This document shows, in pieces, positions 21,640 to 32,747 of a stretch of DNA of 39,761 bases. A program made the translations under genes and the position numbers. Within the stretch, counting starts at the first letter, position 1. Each line of letters starts with the position of its first letter. Source of the stretch: Chiloscyllium plagiosum (Eukaryota); NCBI RefSeq assembly GCF_004010195.1, contig NC_057719.1, positions 82,007,648 to 82,047,408 of the forward strand. The letters are read 5' to 3'. A model generated the notes under the pieces. That model ran no database searches and was not told the origin of the DNA. It worked only from the letters and a program-made list of their open reading frames with translations.

Positions 21640-22295
21640 ACTCCTTGCTCCTCAGCTGTTTTTCTTCATTAATGGTATCAAAACATTTCATTCTGACAAC
21701 CTTACTCAATTTTCTTTTACTCTTTCTTCGTTATGGTACACATACTTTTCTCTTGCCGATCTTCTTTGGGTCACCTTCACTCTTCTTTCTCCATTTTCAT
21801 TTCTTCCACATTCTTATTTCTGATCTCCATCCTCCTCATCTTTAATTGCCCTTTTCATTTCCCATGCTCTTCACCACTTCAGTCTCTCAAATCCCAATCA
21901 CACCTTTACTCCTGAACATAGCTTCAATGTGCTCCAGTTCATATTCTTTGCCTCTCCTTTTTTACTCTGAGCTATTTTTCCCTTTTCTCTGTGCTTTCTA
22001 CACTTGTCTCCTTCTCCTCTGTGCTCTCTTACATTCTCCTTATCCTTTCTTTCCTCACTTCCTTTGCTCTCTGTTCTTTGCTTCTTTCCTCTAAACCCCA
22101 GCTCAACCTGTACAGATTTTCTTCACTCCTCTGTGTTCCATATGCCCTCTACTTTGTCTTCTTGTTCTTTCCCCTTCTATCTTCTTTCCCTCTTTTCATT
22201 CATTATTTCCCTTTACCCAACCCCCTATCCTTCAGACTTATTCACTCACCCTCTCATTTGTCTACATTTCTTCTTCCTTCCCTCAGACTTCTCCA
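21640..22295. repeat. pyrimidine-rich low-complexity tract
   Basis: About 650 bp dominated by C and T on the plus strand, with no clear period. Confidence 0.8.
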
Positions 22296-22665
22296 AACAT
22301 TCTTTATTCATAAAACTTCAAAAATTACATTAAACAACTGTTCAAAGTTGACATTACATAAAGGGCAAACCAAACACTTTTCTTCTAATACCATATATTA
22401 CTCATTACATTTACAATTACAGTTGATATTTATAAGATTTATTACATTTCAGACATACAGCCCAGGAGATTTATCCAATTTCGAGTCTCTTAGCATATTA
22501 TGGCTGAAAGGCTTTAGACAGTGACCTTTCCCCATTTCATCTGTGTGGTGGCTGCTCTAAGTTTGAATGTGTCCCTCAGCACATAGTCCTGGATGTTGGA
22601 ACCTGCCTGTCTGCAACTCTTGATCAGAGACAATTCTTGCACTGAAAGACCAACAGGTTTGCAGC
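22295..22665 (-). mobile_element. L1/Tx1-clade LINE 3' end
   Basis: ELSLIKSCRQAGSNIQDYVLRDTFKLRAATTQMKWGKVTV* C-terminus, then a 3'UTR with AATAAA (~22302-22307). Confidence 0.7.
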
Positions 22666-22934
22666 GGATCAAAGGGGGGCTTTCAATGTATCGATGGTCC
22701 TCCATAGCAGTTGTTGTTTCTCTTGATCTGCATCCCTGGGAACAGCCATGAGAACAGAGTTACAGAGCTGCTCAAGGTGAACTTCAATAAGAAATCACCA
22801 TGCCTTTTGCAAAGGTGAATTCAACAAGTAGGTGGATGAGGATCACTTCCCCACCCTAGCAGGCTCAATGGGAGTCCGCAAAGTGGGTGAAGCACTAGCG
22901 TGTAAAAAGGATCGGGTCAATGGTGAGAGACTTT

Positions 22935-24925
22935 TTTTCAAAATTCATTCATGGATTGTCGGCATCAGTAGCTGAACCATTTATTGCCCATTCCTAGTTG
23001 CCCTTGAGAAGGTGGTGATGACCTGCTTTCTTGAACTGCTGCAGTCCATGTGCTGTTGGTAGATCCAGAATGCCCTTAGGGACAGAATTCCAAGATTTTG
23101 ACCTTGCAACACTGAAAGAACGATGATGTATTTCCAAGTCAGGATGGTGAGTGGCTTGGAAATGAACTCGCAGGTGGTGGTGTTCCTGTGTATCTGCTAT
23201 CCTTGTCTTTCTAAGTGAAAGTGATTTTGGGTTTGACTAAAGAGCCTTGGGTGAATTTGTGCAGTGCAACTTGCCGATGGTATATATTACTTCTACTGAG
23301 CTTTGTTGGTGGATGGAGTGAATGTTTTGTGGATGTGGTGCTAATCAAGTTGGCTGCTTGGATAATGTCAAGTGTCTTGAGTGTTGTTGGAACTGCACAC
23401 ATCCAGGCCAATGGGGAATATTCCATCACAATCCTGATGTCTGCCTTGTAGATGATGGACAGGCTTTGGGGAGTCAGGAGATCACATACTCACAAAATAA
23501 TTCCTGTCCTCTGACCTGCTCTTGTAGACACTATTTATATGACTAGTTCCGTTTAGTTTGTGGTCAATGGTGACCCCAAGGATATTGAATATGGGGTGTT
23601 CAGTAATGGAATGTTATTGAATGTCAAAGGGCCATGACTAGATTCTCTCCTGCTGGATATGGTCATTGCCTGGCACATAAGTAACAAGTAATATTTGTAT
23701 CCATATCAGCCCAAATGTGGACCTTTTCTATATCTTGTTGCATTTGAACATAGAATCCCTTCAGTATGGAAACAGGTCATTCACCCCAACAAGTCCACAC
23801 TGACCCTTCAAAGAGTAACTCATCCAGACCCATTCCCCTACCCTATTACTCTACATTTACCCCTGACTAATGCATCTAACCCACACATCCCTGAACATTA
23901 TGGGCAATTTAGCTTGGACAATTCACCTAACATGGACTATTTCAGTACCTAAGGAGCCACAAAGGGTGCTGAACATTGTGTAATCATTGGCGAACATTCC
24001 CATTTCTGACCTTATTTTGGAAGGAAGATGATTGGAGGAACTCCTGCCGAGAATGTTCTGGAGTTGTGATGACTGACCTCCAACAATCACAACCATTGTC
24101 CTTGCGCCAGGTATAAATCTAACTGGTGGAGAATCTTTCCCCCGATTGCCATTAATTTCAGTTTTGCTAAAGCTCCTTGATTCCACACACAATCGAATGC
24201 TGCCTTGATGTCAAGGGCTGTTACTCTCACTTCACCTCTGGAATTCAGCTCTTTTGCCCATGTTTGAATCAAGACTGTAATGAGGTCAGGCGGTGAGTAG
24301 TCCTGGCAGAACCCAAACTGGGCGTCACTGGCAGAACCCAAACTGGGTGTCACTGAGCAGGTTATTGCTGAGCAGGTGCTGCTTGCTAGCACTGCCTCCA
24401 TCATTTTACTGATGATCAAGAGTACGCAGATGGGTTGGTAATTGACTGGGTTGGATTTGTCCTGCTTTTAGTATACAAGAATACCTGGGCAATTTTCCAT
24501 GCTATCCGGTAGGTGTGAACAGCTAGGCTAGGGGAGCAACAAGTTCTGGAGCACATATCTTCACTACCATTACTGGAATTTTGACAGGGCCTGTTGCCTT
24601 TGGAGTATCCAGTACCTTCAACTGTTTCTTGATATCACATGGAGTGAATCAAATTGGCTAAGGACTGGCAGTTTTGATGCTTGGGACCCCCAAAGGAGGC
24701 CGAGATGGATCATACTTTTGGTACTTCTGGCTGAAGATTTGTTCAAACATTTCAGCCTTTCTTTTGCACAGATGTGCTGGGCTCCCCCATCAATGAGGAT
24801 GGCGATATTTGTGGAGCCTGTTCTCCAGTGAGTTATTTAATTGTTCACCACCACACAACTGGTGTGACTGACTGCAGAGCTTAGACTTGATCTTTTGGTT
24901 GTGGAAATGCTTAGCTCTATCACTG
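22935..24925 (-). mobile_element. second CR1/L2-group LINE (RT to 3' end), interrupted by an HE1 tail at ~23749-23932
   Basis: RT motifs QFGF...DLIT...VTALDIKAAFDCVW and MFAND (FADD); tail ATGAATGAA; 25-bp tandem duplication at 24303-24352. Confidence 0.88.
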
Positions 24926-24926
24926 A

Positions 24927-25790
24927 GAGTCATAGAATCATAGAGATGCAGAGCATGGAAACAGACTCTTCGGTCCAGCTTGTCCCTGCCAACCAGCTAT
25001 CCTAAATTAATGTAGTCCCATTTGACAGTATTTGGCACATATCCCTCCAAACCCTTCCTATTCATATATCCATTCAGATATCTTTTAAGTGTTGTAATCA
25101 TACCAGCCTCCACCACTTCCTCTGTCAGCTCATTCCATTCACACACCATCCTCTCCGTGGAAAAGGTGCCCTTAGTTCCCTTTCAAATCTTTCCCCTCTC
25201 AACCTAAACCTATGCTCTCTAGTTTTGGACTCCCACCCCTCCCCCCTCCGGGAAAAGACCCTGTTTATTTAAGGGTGGCATGGTGGCTCAGTGGTTAGCA
25301 CTGCTGCATCACAGCGCCATGGACCCGTGTTCGATTCCAGCCTCAGGAGTGTCTGCGTGGGTTTCCTTTGGGTGCTCTGGTTTCCTCCCACAATCCAAAG
25401 ATGTACAGGTTAGATGAATTGGCCATGCAAAATTGCCCGTAGTGTTCAGGAATGTGTGGGTTAGGTGCATTAAACAGAGGTAAATGTTCAGTAATAGGGT
25501 AGAGGACTGGGTCTGAGTGAGTTACTCTTGGGAGGTCAGTGTGAACTTATTGGGCTGAATGGCCTGTTTCCACACTGTAGGGATTCTATAATTTAACCTA
25601 TCCATGCCCCTCATGATTTTGCAAACTTCTATAAGGTCATGCCTCATAGTCCAACACTCCAGGGTAAATATCACCAGCCTATTCAGCCTCTCCCTTTAGC
25701 TCAAACCCTCCAACCCTGACAACATTCCTGTAAATCTTTTCTGAACCCTTTTATGTTTCACAATATCCTTCCTATAGGATGGAGACCATT
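24927..25790 (-). mobile_element. CR1 3' part interrupted by an HE1 SINE
   Basis: Tail gagtcatagaatcatagag; CR1 sequence resumes after 25590. Confidence 0.9.
25273..25590 (+). mobile_element. HE1-type V-SINE with internal deletion
   Basis: ATTTAA duplication at 25267-25272 and 25591-25596; A/B boxes present; lacks the tgtgtggagtttgcac segment. Confidence 0.92.
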
Positions 25791-26000
25791 ATGCTGTTTA
25801 GTGCACAAGTAGTACTGTTTGCTAGCATCACAGGATGGAACCTCAGTTTTAGGCATGTTTGGTGCTGCTCCTAGCATACTCTCCTATACTGTTCATTGAG
25901 TCTTCTCATCAGCAGTCCCCCTACATCTTGGTTTTCATTGCTACATCCAAAGGTGTTGATCTTCATAAACATTTCCACAAGGGACAGTTGGTACAGCATT

Positions 26001-26339
26001 CACAGAATCCCTACAGTGTGAATGCAGACCATTCAGACCATCGAGTCCACAAAGACCATCCAAAAAGCATCCCAGACCCAACCCCTACCAAATTCCTGTA
26101 ACCCTACACTTCCCATGGCTAATCCATCTAATCAACACATCCCTGGACACTAAAGGACCATTTAGCATGTCCAATCCTAACCTGCATATCTTTAGATTGT
26201 AGGAGCACCCGGTGGAAACCCAAGCAGACACGGAGGGAATGTGCAGACGCCACACTGACAATCACCCGAGGCTGGACTCGAACCTGGGGGCCTGGCACCA
26301 TGAGGTTGCAGTGCTAACCACCGAGCCATCATGCCACCC
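26001..26339 (-). mobile_element. HE1-type V-SINE (older)
   Basis: Same head and tail as 17542-17882, more diverged. Confidence 0.88.
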
Positions 26340-26518
26340 TTTCCATTCACTTCCTTGTGCCACAGCAACCCAACCTTTGGAATCCTGGAAACAGGTATGA
26401 CCTCAGTGTGTGGTTACTCTTGGGGGCGAGGGTGGGGCTCCACACATAACTTAATGCAGCCACATACATTGTCGCCCTGTCAGCTACCTTGCATTCCCAA
26501 TCTTCCTTCCTCTGGGGC

Positions 26519-26543
26519 TGTGTGTGTGTGTGTGTGTGTGTGT
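26519..26543. repeat. (TG)n microsatellite at the upstream edge of the GC island
   Basis: About 12 perfect TG units; further (AG)n at 27350-27415 and (TA)n(GA)n at 27598-27628. Confidence 0.95.
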
Positions 26544-26559
26544 CTGTGCTCCCTCAGTC

Positions 26560-26998
26560 TCCATCGGTGCGACTCTGACTGAACCGCTTGCAGGTGCTGT
26601 GTGTGTGTTTTTAGGAGGAGGAGAGACGGGGAGGGGAGGAGCTGGGCACATCCCAACGCAGTAAGGCTGGAAGGAAGGAGGAAGGAGCCTATGCATGAGA
26701 GAGGAGGAGGGTAGACCATGAATACCAAATAGACTTCTAGAGCAGCAGTAACCTTCGAAGGAACCTTGGAGCGTCCTGGGGAATCCCAGTCCACTCTCCC
26801 CTTGCAGGCCAGCACCATGCGGCTGAGAGGCGCCTCGGGGCTCCGTGCTGTCAGTGAGGAGGTGGTGGAAGCGGCGGCGGGAGAACCAGCTCTCGCCCGC
26901 CAGGGCTGGCTCTGAACCGAGCGCAGATGCAGCCGCAGAGGACTGCAGCTAACGGCAGCCCGGGCCAGGACGATGGATGGGCGGAGGTTCGGGAGGAG
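26560..26998 (+). promoter_or_regulatory. GC/CpG-rich promoter and 5'UTR exon(s) of the plus-strand gene
   Basis: Non-repetitive CpG-rich island. Donor GCA|GTAAGG at 26661, acceptor ctctccccttgcAG at 26806-26807, and donor GAG|GTGAGC at 26999. Confidence 0.6.
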
Positions 26999-27148
26999 GT
27001 GAGCCCGGAGCATGGGGAGTTGTTGTTTGAAGGGTTTGGGGGTGTGGATTGGTGGGTTGGTTGGGGTGTTGCAATACATAGGTTTCATGTTTTTTTTTTG
27101 AAAGCGTCCAGTTGAAGGTGTGACCCAGCCCAGACAGTGCAGAGAGGA

Positions 27149-27227
27149 ATGAGAGGAATTCTGCACATCATGAGCGCAGGGGTCTGCAGTCTGGCGTTGC
27201 AAGCCGGGCTGTTTATTTCTGTTCATG
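27149..27227 (+). CDS. TYRO3: signal-peptide exon (MRGILHIMSAGVCSLALQAGLFISVH-G), probably TYRO3 receptor tyrosine kinase
   Basis: Acceptor after a poly-T tract (AG at 27103-27104), in-frame upstream TGA at 27113, ATG at 27149 (second in-frame ATG at 27170), hydrophobic peptide, and phase-1 donor ATG|GTGAGG typical of Ig-domain receptors. The gene name rests on TYRO3 being the divergent neighbour of RPAP1 in human, not on a recognised sequence match. Confidence 0.58.
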
Positions 27228-28370
27228 GTGAGGTCGTTTGTCAAGTTTTCACCTTGTGTTTCGGCTGAAGCTCTGGGGAAGAGGGGAGGGACTTCGAATG
27301 AGCGAGATATGTGCTTGCAATGGCAAGGGTGATGAGCTGTCCGTCAGCAGACAGAGAGAGAGAGAGGGAAAAAACCCAGATAAAGAGGGAGAGAATGCGA
27401 GAGAGAGAGAGAGAGGTGATTGCAGAAACACAGAGTGGTAGGGAAACCTAGATACAGTGACAGGAATCTTGTTAGACTGACCGTGAGGCAGAATGGGGGT
27501 ACAGACAGTTTCCATGGCACCTGAATTCATGCTTTGGGAGTGGAAGTATCCGAACCGAGAGAGGGAGACAAGCACCTGGGGAATGAGACACAGGTAGATA
27601 TATATATATATATGTAGAGAGAGAGAGACGCCAACGCAGCCAAGGAGCAGCGAGGGAAAACAGGTGGGAAAACATTGAGATTCTCAGCGCGGAAGAAGCG
27701 ATCAGGAAGGAGACGGGGTGGCATAGACATGGCGAAGCAGAGAGAAACAGAGACAGAGCGTTAAGGTGTGTGTTGGGGAAGCAGGGTAGAGAAAGAGTAA
27801 CCTGGCCGTTTTCCTATCAGCCAGACTCCAGCAACCCCGCCCCTCGTTTTTGCCTCAGTTCCACGGTTTGGGGACTGCCCGGATTTGGGACTGTCAAAGG
27901 GCTGACGGTCGCTCACTTCACCGACAGCACCAGAGGAAGCTGTTGTGGAAGGGATCCTGGTTAAAAATCCCTCATTGCCACTCAGAGCGTTGTGGGGCAC
28001 CATCCCCAGGTGTTATTGGTGACTTCTGTCTGTGTCTGTGTGAGAGATAGAGAGAGAGACGAACCTAGCGCACTCAGTTGACTGTGTGTCCTCACACTGC
28101 AGTGTTCTCGCTGCAGTTTAATGCAGGGTCTCTGGTGAGAACTAGTGAAGCGTTTAAGAGCCTGGATCTGCTGTCTGGCACCACCAGATGCTTCCATTTT
28201 AGCGCACCTCGAATCGATTAACCCTCCCGTCAAGCGGATGTGCCTGGAATTTAATTCCTGGAGGGGAAAAGCTACACCATCAGGAGATGTCCCTTGGTGA
28301 TGAGAGTGTAGTTTATTGCAAGATGTCTACTGATTATACCCAGTCTATCTGGGTCTGTGTAATGACATTA

Positions 28371-28469
28371 CAGGATGGGTCACTAGACCCGAAGCGTTAA
28401 CTCTGATTTCTCTCCACAGATGCTGCCAGACCTGTTGAGCTTTTCCAGCAAGGTCTGTTTTAGTTTCTC
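28371..28469 (+). mobile_element. Penelope-like terminal fragment with decayed hammerhead
   Basis: GGGTC-ACTA-GACCC-GAAGCGTT-AACTCTG followed by the same tail as 15600-15660. Confidence 0.82.
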
Positions 28470-28504
28470 ATACACAGTCTATCTGGGACTGTGTACTGAC
28501 ATTA

Positions 28505-29675
28505 TATCCAGAGCAATTTATGGTTTTGTTAAGAGGACATCATATGTGATCAACTCTATTGAATTTTTTGAAGACATAATCAGGTGTCAGATACAGGTAA
28601 TGTATTTGATGTAGTCTAGTTGTACTTCAAGGCCTTTGTTAAGTTCCTGTTAGGAGACTGATAGCCAGGTAAGAGGCCACAGGATCTAAGGAAATTTGTC
28701 AAATTGGATCCAGATTTGGTTGAGTGGGCAGGAAGCAGAGAATGGGGGTCAAGGATGGTTTTTGTGACTGGAATCCTGCATCTAGTTGGGTCCCACAGTT
28801 ATCAGTATTGGGGCCCTTGCTGTTTGAAGCATATATAAATGGCTTAAAACTGAATCTATGAGAGCTGATCTGTAAGTTAGTGGATGCTACGGAAATTAGT
28901 GGGATGGTAAATAGTGAGGAGGATAGCCTTAAATTACAGGAGGATAAGATGGGCTGGCCAGGCTCATCAGTAGCAAATAGAATTCAATCTGGATAAGTGT
29001 GAAGTGGTGCACTTGGGCATCATAAACAAGACAATATATGATGAATGGTAAGACCAAGAATCAGAGGGACCTTGCTGCACATGTCCACCAGTCCCTTAAG
29101 GTATCAGGACAGATGGATAAAATTGTTAAGAAGGCATGTTTGCTTTCATTAGCCGGGGCAGAGAGATTAAGAGCAGGGAGGTTATGCTGGAACTGTATAA
29201 AACATTAGTTGGGCCACAGCTAGACTATTGTGTGCAGGAGGGATGTGATTGCACTGGAGAGGTATGAAGGAGATTTACCAGACCTTGCCTGCGCTGGAGA
29301 ATTTTAGTTGTGAAGAGAGGTTGGAGTGTCTGAAGTTGTTATCCTCAGAGTAGGGGAGACTGAGGGGAGATATGATTGAGATGTATGAAGTTATGAGGGG
29401 CATAGACAGGATAGATGGGAATAAACTTCCACCCCTGGTGGAGGGATCAATGATCGGGGTATAGACTTAAGATAAGGGGCAGGAAGGTTAGAGGGGATGT
29501 CAGAAAGAATCTCTTTTTTCACTCAGAGGGTGGTGGGAATCCAGAACTCACTGCCTATAAGTATGGTAGAGGTAGGCACCCTAATAGCATTTGAGAAGTA
29601 TTTAGATGTACATTTGCAAGACCAAGACATACAAGGCTATGGGTCAAGTGCTAGAAAATGAAGATAGAATAGTTC
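28505..29675 (+). mobile_element. CR1 ORF2 RT to 3' region, decayed
   Basis: IEFFED, gacttc/aaggccttt (DF.KAF-like), tcagtattggggccc (SVLGP) and cagagggtggtgggaat motifs. Confidence 0.9.
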
Positions 29676-31308
29676 AATGTTCCAGATATTTTACCTTGGT
29701 GTAAGTTTCATTAGTTGTCGTGTGATTTGAAACCATTGTTCCCAGAGAATTATTCTGAACTTAATATCTTCACTGTGCCATCACCTCCCTGATTCCTTCA
29801 TTGTTTATTTAATGCCTTTATTTAGAAACCCACACAGTCCCACAGCCTGATCAACTTGCCCTGTCACTTTCAAGGATTTGTCTTCGTTCTTGCTGCAAAA
29901 CAGTACTAATCAGTGATTAATCACTTCTGCACACTGTTTCTCACTATTAATAATTTCACACGTAACAGCATTAAATTGAACCTGGCATATGCCTGCTCAT
30001 TCTATCAGTCTTTCTCTGCCATCCTTGGATCTCCTACTTTCCTGCTTTCTAGTTACTATATGGTTAAGTTTTATATTGTCCACAAATGTTACAATTGTAT
30101 TTCCTGTGCCCAAGTTCAGGATCCATTTATTAAAAAGAAACAATGATTATATTATCCACCCCAATGAGAGTTGATTGCATGCTCCTATCCAGTCAGAAAA
30201 ATATCCATCCATCAATCTTGTCTGCCTCTTAGTCAGTTAGATATGCAACTGATACTGTCCATTCAGTCCCATGTGATTTACAAATAAATCAATTATGTGG
30301 TATTTTATCAAATGCCTTCAGAAGTCTATATTTGCCAACATCTCTTGCACTATCTTCATTAGCCCTTACAATTATTTAATAGGAAATTGTATTCACTATC
30401 TGGGATTGCACTCATTATATGGATTCTACATGGTATCTGGAAATGTATCTGATACCTGCTCAATGTCTGGAATTCTTCCCAATACTGTTATCTGGAATTT
30501 CACTCACTTTCTGGAATTTTGCCTCTTTCTTGTTCTATTGGAACACGTGTTGCCTATTTCATGTTGACCTATACTGCATTGCAGCCTTGTAGCTCTGAAT
30601 TATGAAGTGGTACAGAGAGAAGGAAGCCATTTGGTCCATCATGCATGAGTCATTTCTCTTGTATAACTCTTCTGTTCAATTCTTTATAAATTAGCAATTT
30701 GTTCTCTTCGCCTATTTGTCCAATTTCCTTTCAAAAATTATTATTGAATCTACTGCCAACAAGCTTTCAGGCAATGCAATATTTTCTCACATTGCAACTG
30801 TCACTTCAGCTCTGTGCCCTCTAGTTGACAACCTTCCTTCCATTCTTAACATTTTCTCCTTATTTACTTCACCAAAACTATCCATGATATGAACATCTCT
30901 GTATCAAACTTCTGTGCTCTGGGGAAAACAGCCCAATTTCTCTATATAAGTGAAGTCCTCATGCCTGACACCATTCTAGCAAATCTCTTCTCCACTTTTC
31001 CCAAAACCTTGATGACCTTTCAAAAGTATGGTGCCAGAATTGGGTACAATACTCCAACCTAAGCAGCATCTATAAAGGTTTGCATTGCTTTCTGGTTTGT
31101 GGATTCTCTCCCTCTATTAATAAAACCAATAATCCCAAATGCCTTTTAGGCAACCCTCTCAACTTGCCCTGTCATCTTCATGGATTTGTGTGGATACAGC
31201 CCCAGGTCCCTGTTTTGTTGCACTTTTTTAAAAATTGCCCCCATTTAGTTTGTATTGCCTTTCCTTATTCTTTCTACCAAAATCTATCACTTCATATTTC
31301 TGAATTAA

Positions 31309-31615
31309 TCATAAAATCTCTATAGTGTAGAGATTCGGCTCATCAAGTCCACATTGACCCTTCAAACAGCATCCCACCTCCTAACTGAACATTTGCCATG
31401 GCTAATCCACCTAACCTATACGTCCCTGGACACTATGGGCAATTTAGTATGGCCAATCCACCTAACCTGCAAATCTTTGGACTGTGGGAGGAAACTCATG
31501 CAGACACAGAGAGAATGTGAAAACTCCTCACAGACAATCCCATGAGACTTGAATCGAACCGGGTCCCTGATACTAATGAGGCAGTAGTGCTAATCACTGA
31601 ATCACTCTGCCATCC
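31309..31615 (-). mobile_element. HE1-type V-SINE
   Basis: ggccaatccacctaacctgc...ttggactgtgggaggaaac...atcgaacc...gaggcagtagtgctaa. Confidence 0.88.
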
Positions 31616-32554
31616 TTAAAAATTTCATGTGCCATGTGCTGCCCAATTCATGAGTCCGTTTATGACCTTATACAGTCTCCCAAATCTTTAGCACATTTTT
31701 CAGTTTATTTTCAGCCCCAGACTTGAAAATCATGTCCTGTATACTCCAGTCCAGTTTTTTAACGTGGTATATCAAAAAGAGCAATGATCTGACACCAAGC
31801 ACTGCAAACCTCCCTGCAGTATAAAGACTAACGGCATTACTCTCTAATTTCTGTCCCTCAACCAATTTTATGTTCGTATGTCTATTGTTTCTTTAGTCCC
31901 ATGTGTTTTAATTTTCTAATACATCAATGTTCTGGTATTTTGACAAATGCCTTTGAAACTCTAAGTGCATATTATCAGCTGTATGACCCTCATCAGCTTT
32001 CTTCCATGATTTCATTGAAAAATTCAATCAATAGTCATGCACCATTTAACTTAAATCTATGCTGACATTCATTTATTAGCCTTTTTTTTTCAATTCCTAA
32101 TTAATTTTGTGCCATATTATTGTAACAAAACATTTCCCCACCACCAGCATCTAAACTAACTTGCAATTGCTGCTCTCTCTTCCTTTTTTTTAAACAGGAC
32201 TCTAATGTTTGCAGTCTTGCCATCTTTTCGAACCATTCCAGTAGCTGAAGAGGACTGTAAGATGGCAGTCAGTACCTCCTCAACTGCTATCCTTGCTTTC
32301 CCTTAGTAACCTACAATGCATTTCCTTCAGCCTGAGTGACTTTTCTACTTTGAGATGGTCTTTTAGCTACCTCCTTTTTCATTCTATGTTTATCCCATTC
32401 AGTCTTCCTACTAGCAACTCCTTTGATGTGAATTGGCAATATTCGTTCATCTAGTGAATTGAAATTTAATATACTCACTTATTACCTTAGCCCTGCCTCG
32501 GCAAGAATATCGAAGTTTGCTTCCTAATCAATGACTCCTTTATTTGGTCCATTA

Positions 32555-32747
32555 TGCAGAGTGATGTCAAGTGTGCAGGTTCGATTCCTGCTCTGGCTGA
32601 GGCTACTGTGAAGGCTCCTGTTTCTCAACCTCTCCCCTTTCCTGAGGAGTGGTGACCCTCTGGTTAAACCACCACCAGTTGTCTCTCTCACTGATGAGAC
32701 AGCAGCCTTGTGATTCTCAGGAGTGTGGTGACCTTACTTACTTTATA
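32555..32747 (+). mobile_element. tRNA-derived SINE, third family
   Basis: Intact B-box GGTTCGATTCC at ~32578; homologous to 6392-6575. Confidence 0.72.

Noticed and set aside
21645..22524. Overlapping hydrophobic ORFs resembling membrane proteins
   Set aside because: Artefact of a stop-poor C/T-rich tract that is open in several frames; the same applies to 35073-35457.
26927..26998. MQPQRTAANG... as the true N-terminus of the plus-strand gene
   Set aside because: Splicing to the adjacent exon terminates it, and it has no signal peptide. It is treated as a uORF, although exon skipping cannot be excluded.
26480..27244. 254-aa minus-strand ORF, the longest in the track
   Set aside because: It is an antisense shadow of a GC-rich promoter/UTR and runs through a (CA)n repeat. 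No domain is recognisable, and the splice signals favour the plus strand.
27333..27352. REST/NRSE-like motif (minus TCTGCTGACGGACAGCTC)
   Set aside because: Only the right half-site matches and the spacing is off.
32691..32720. CTGATGA as another hammerhead core or C/D snoRNA box
   Set aside because: There is no stem II with a GAAA partner and no terminal stem with a D box; it lies inside a SINE.
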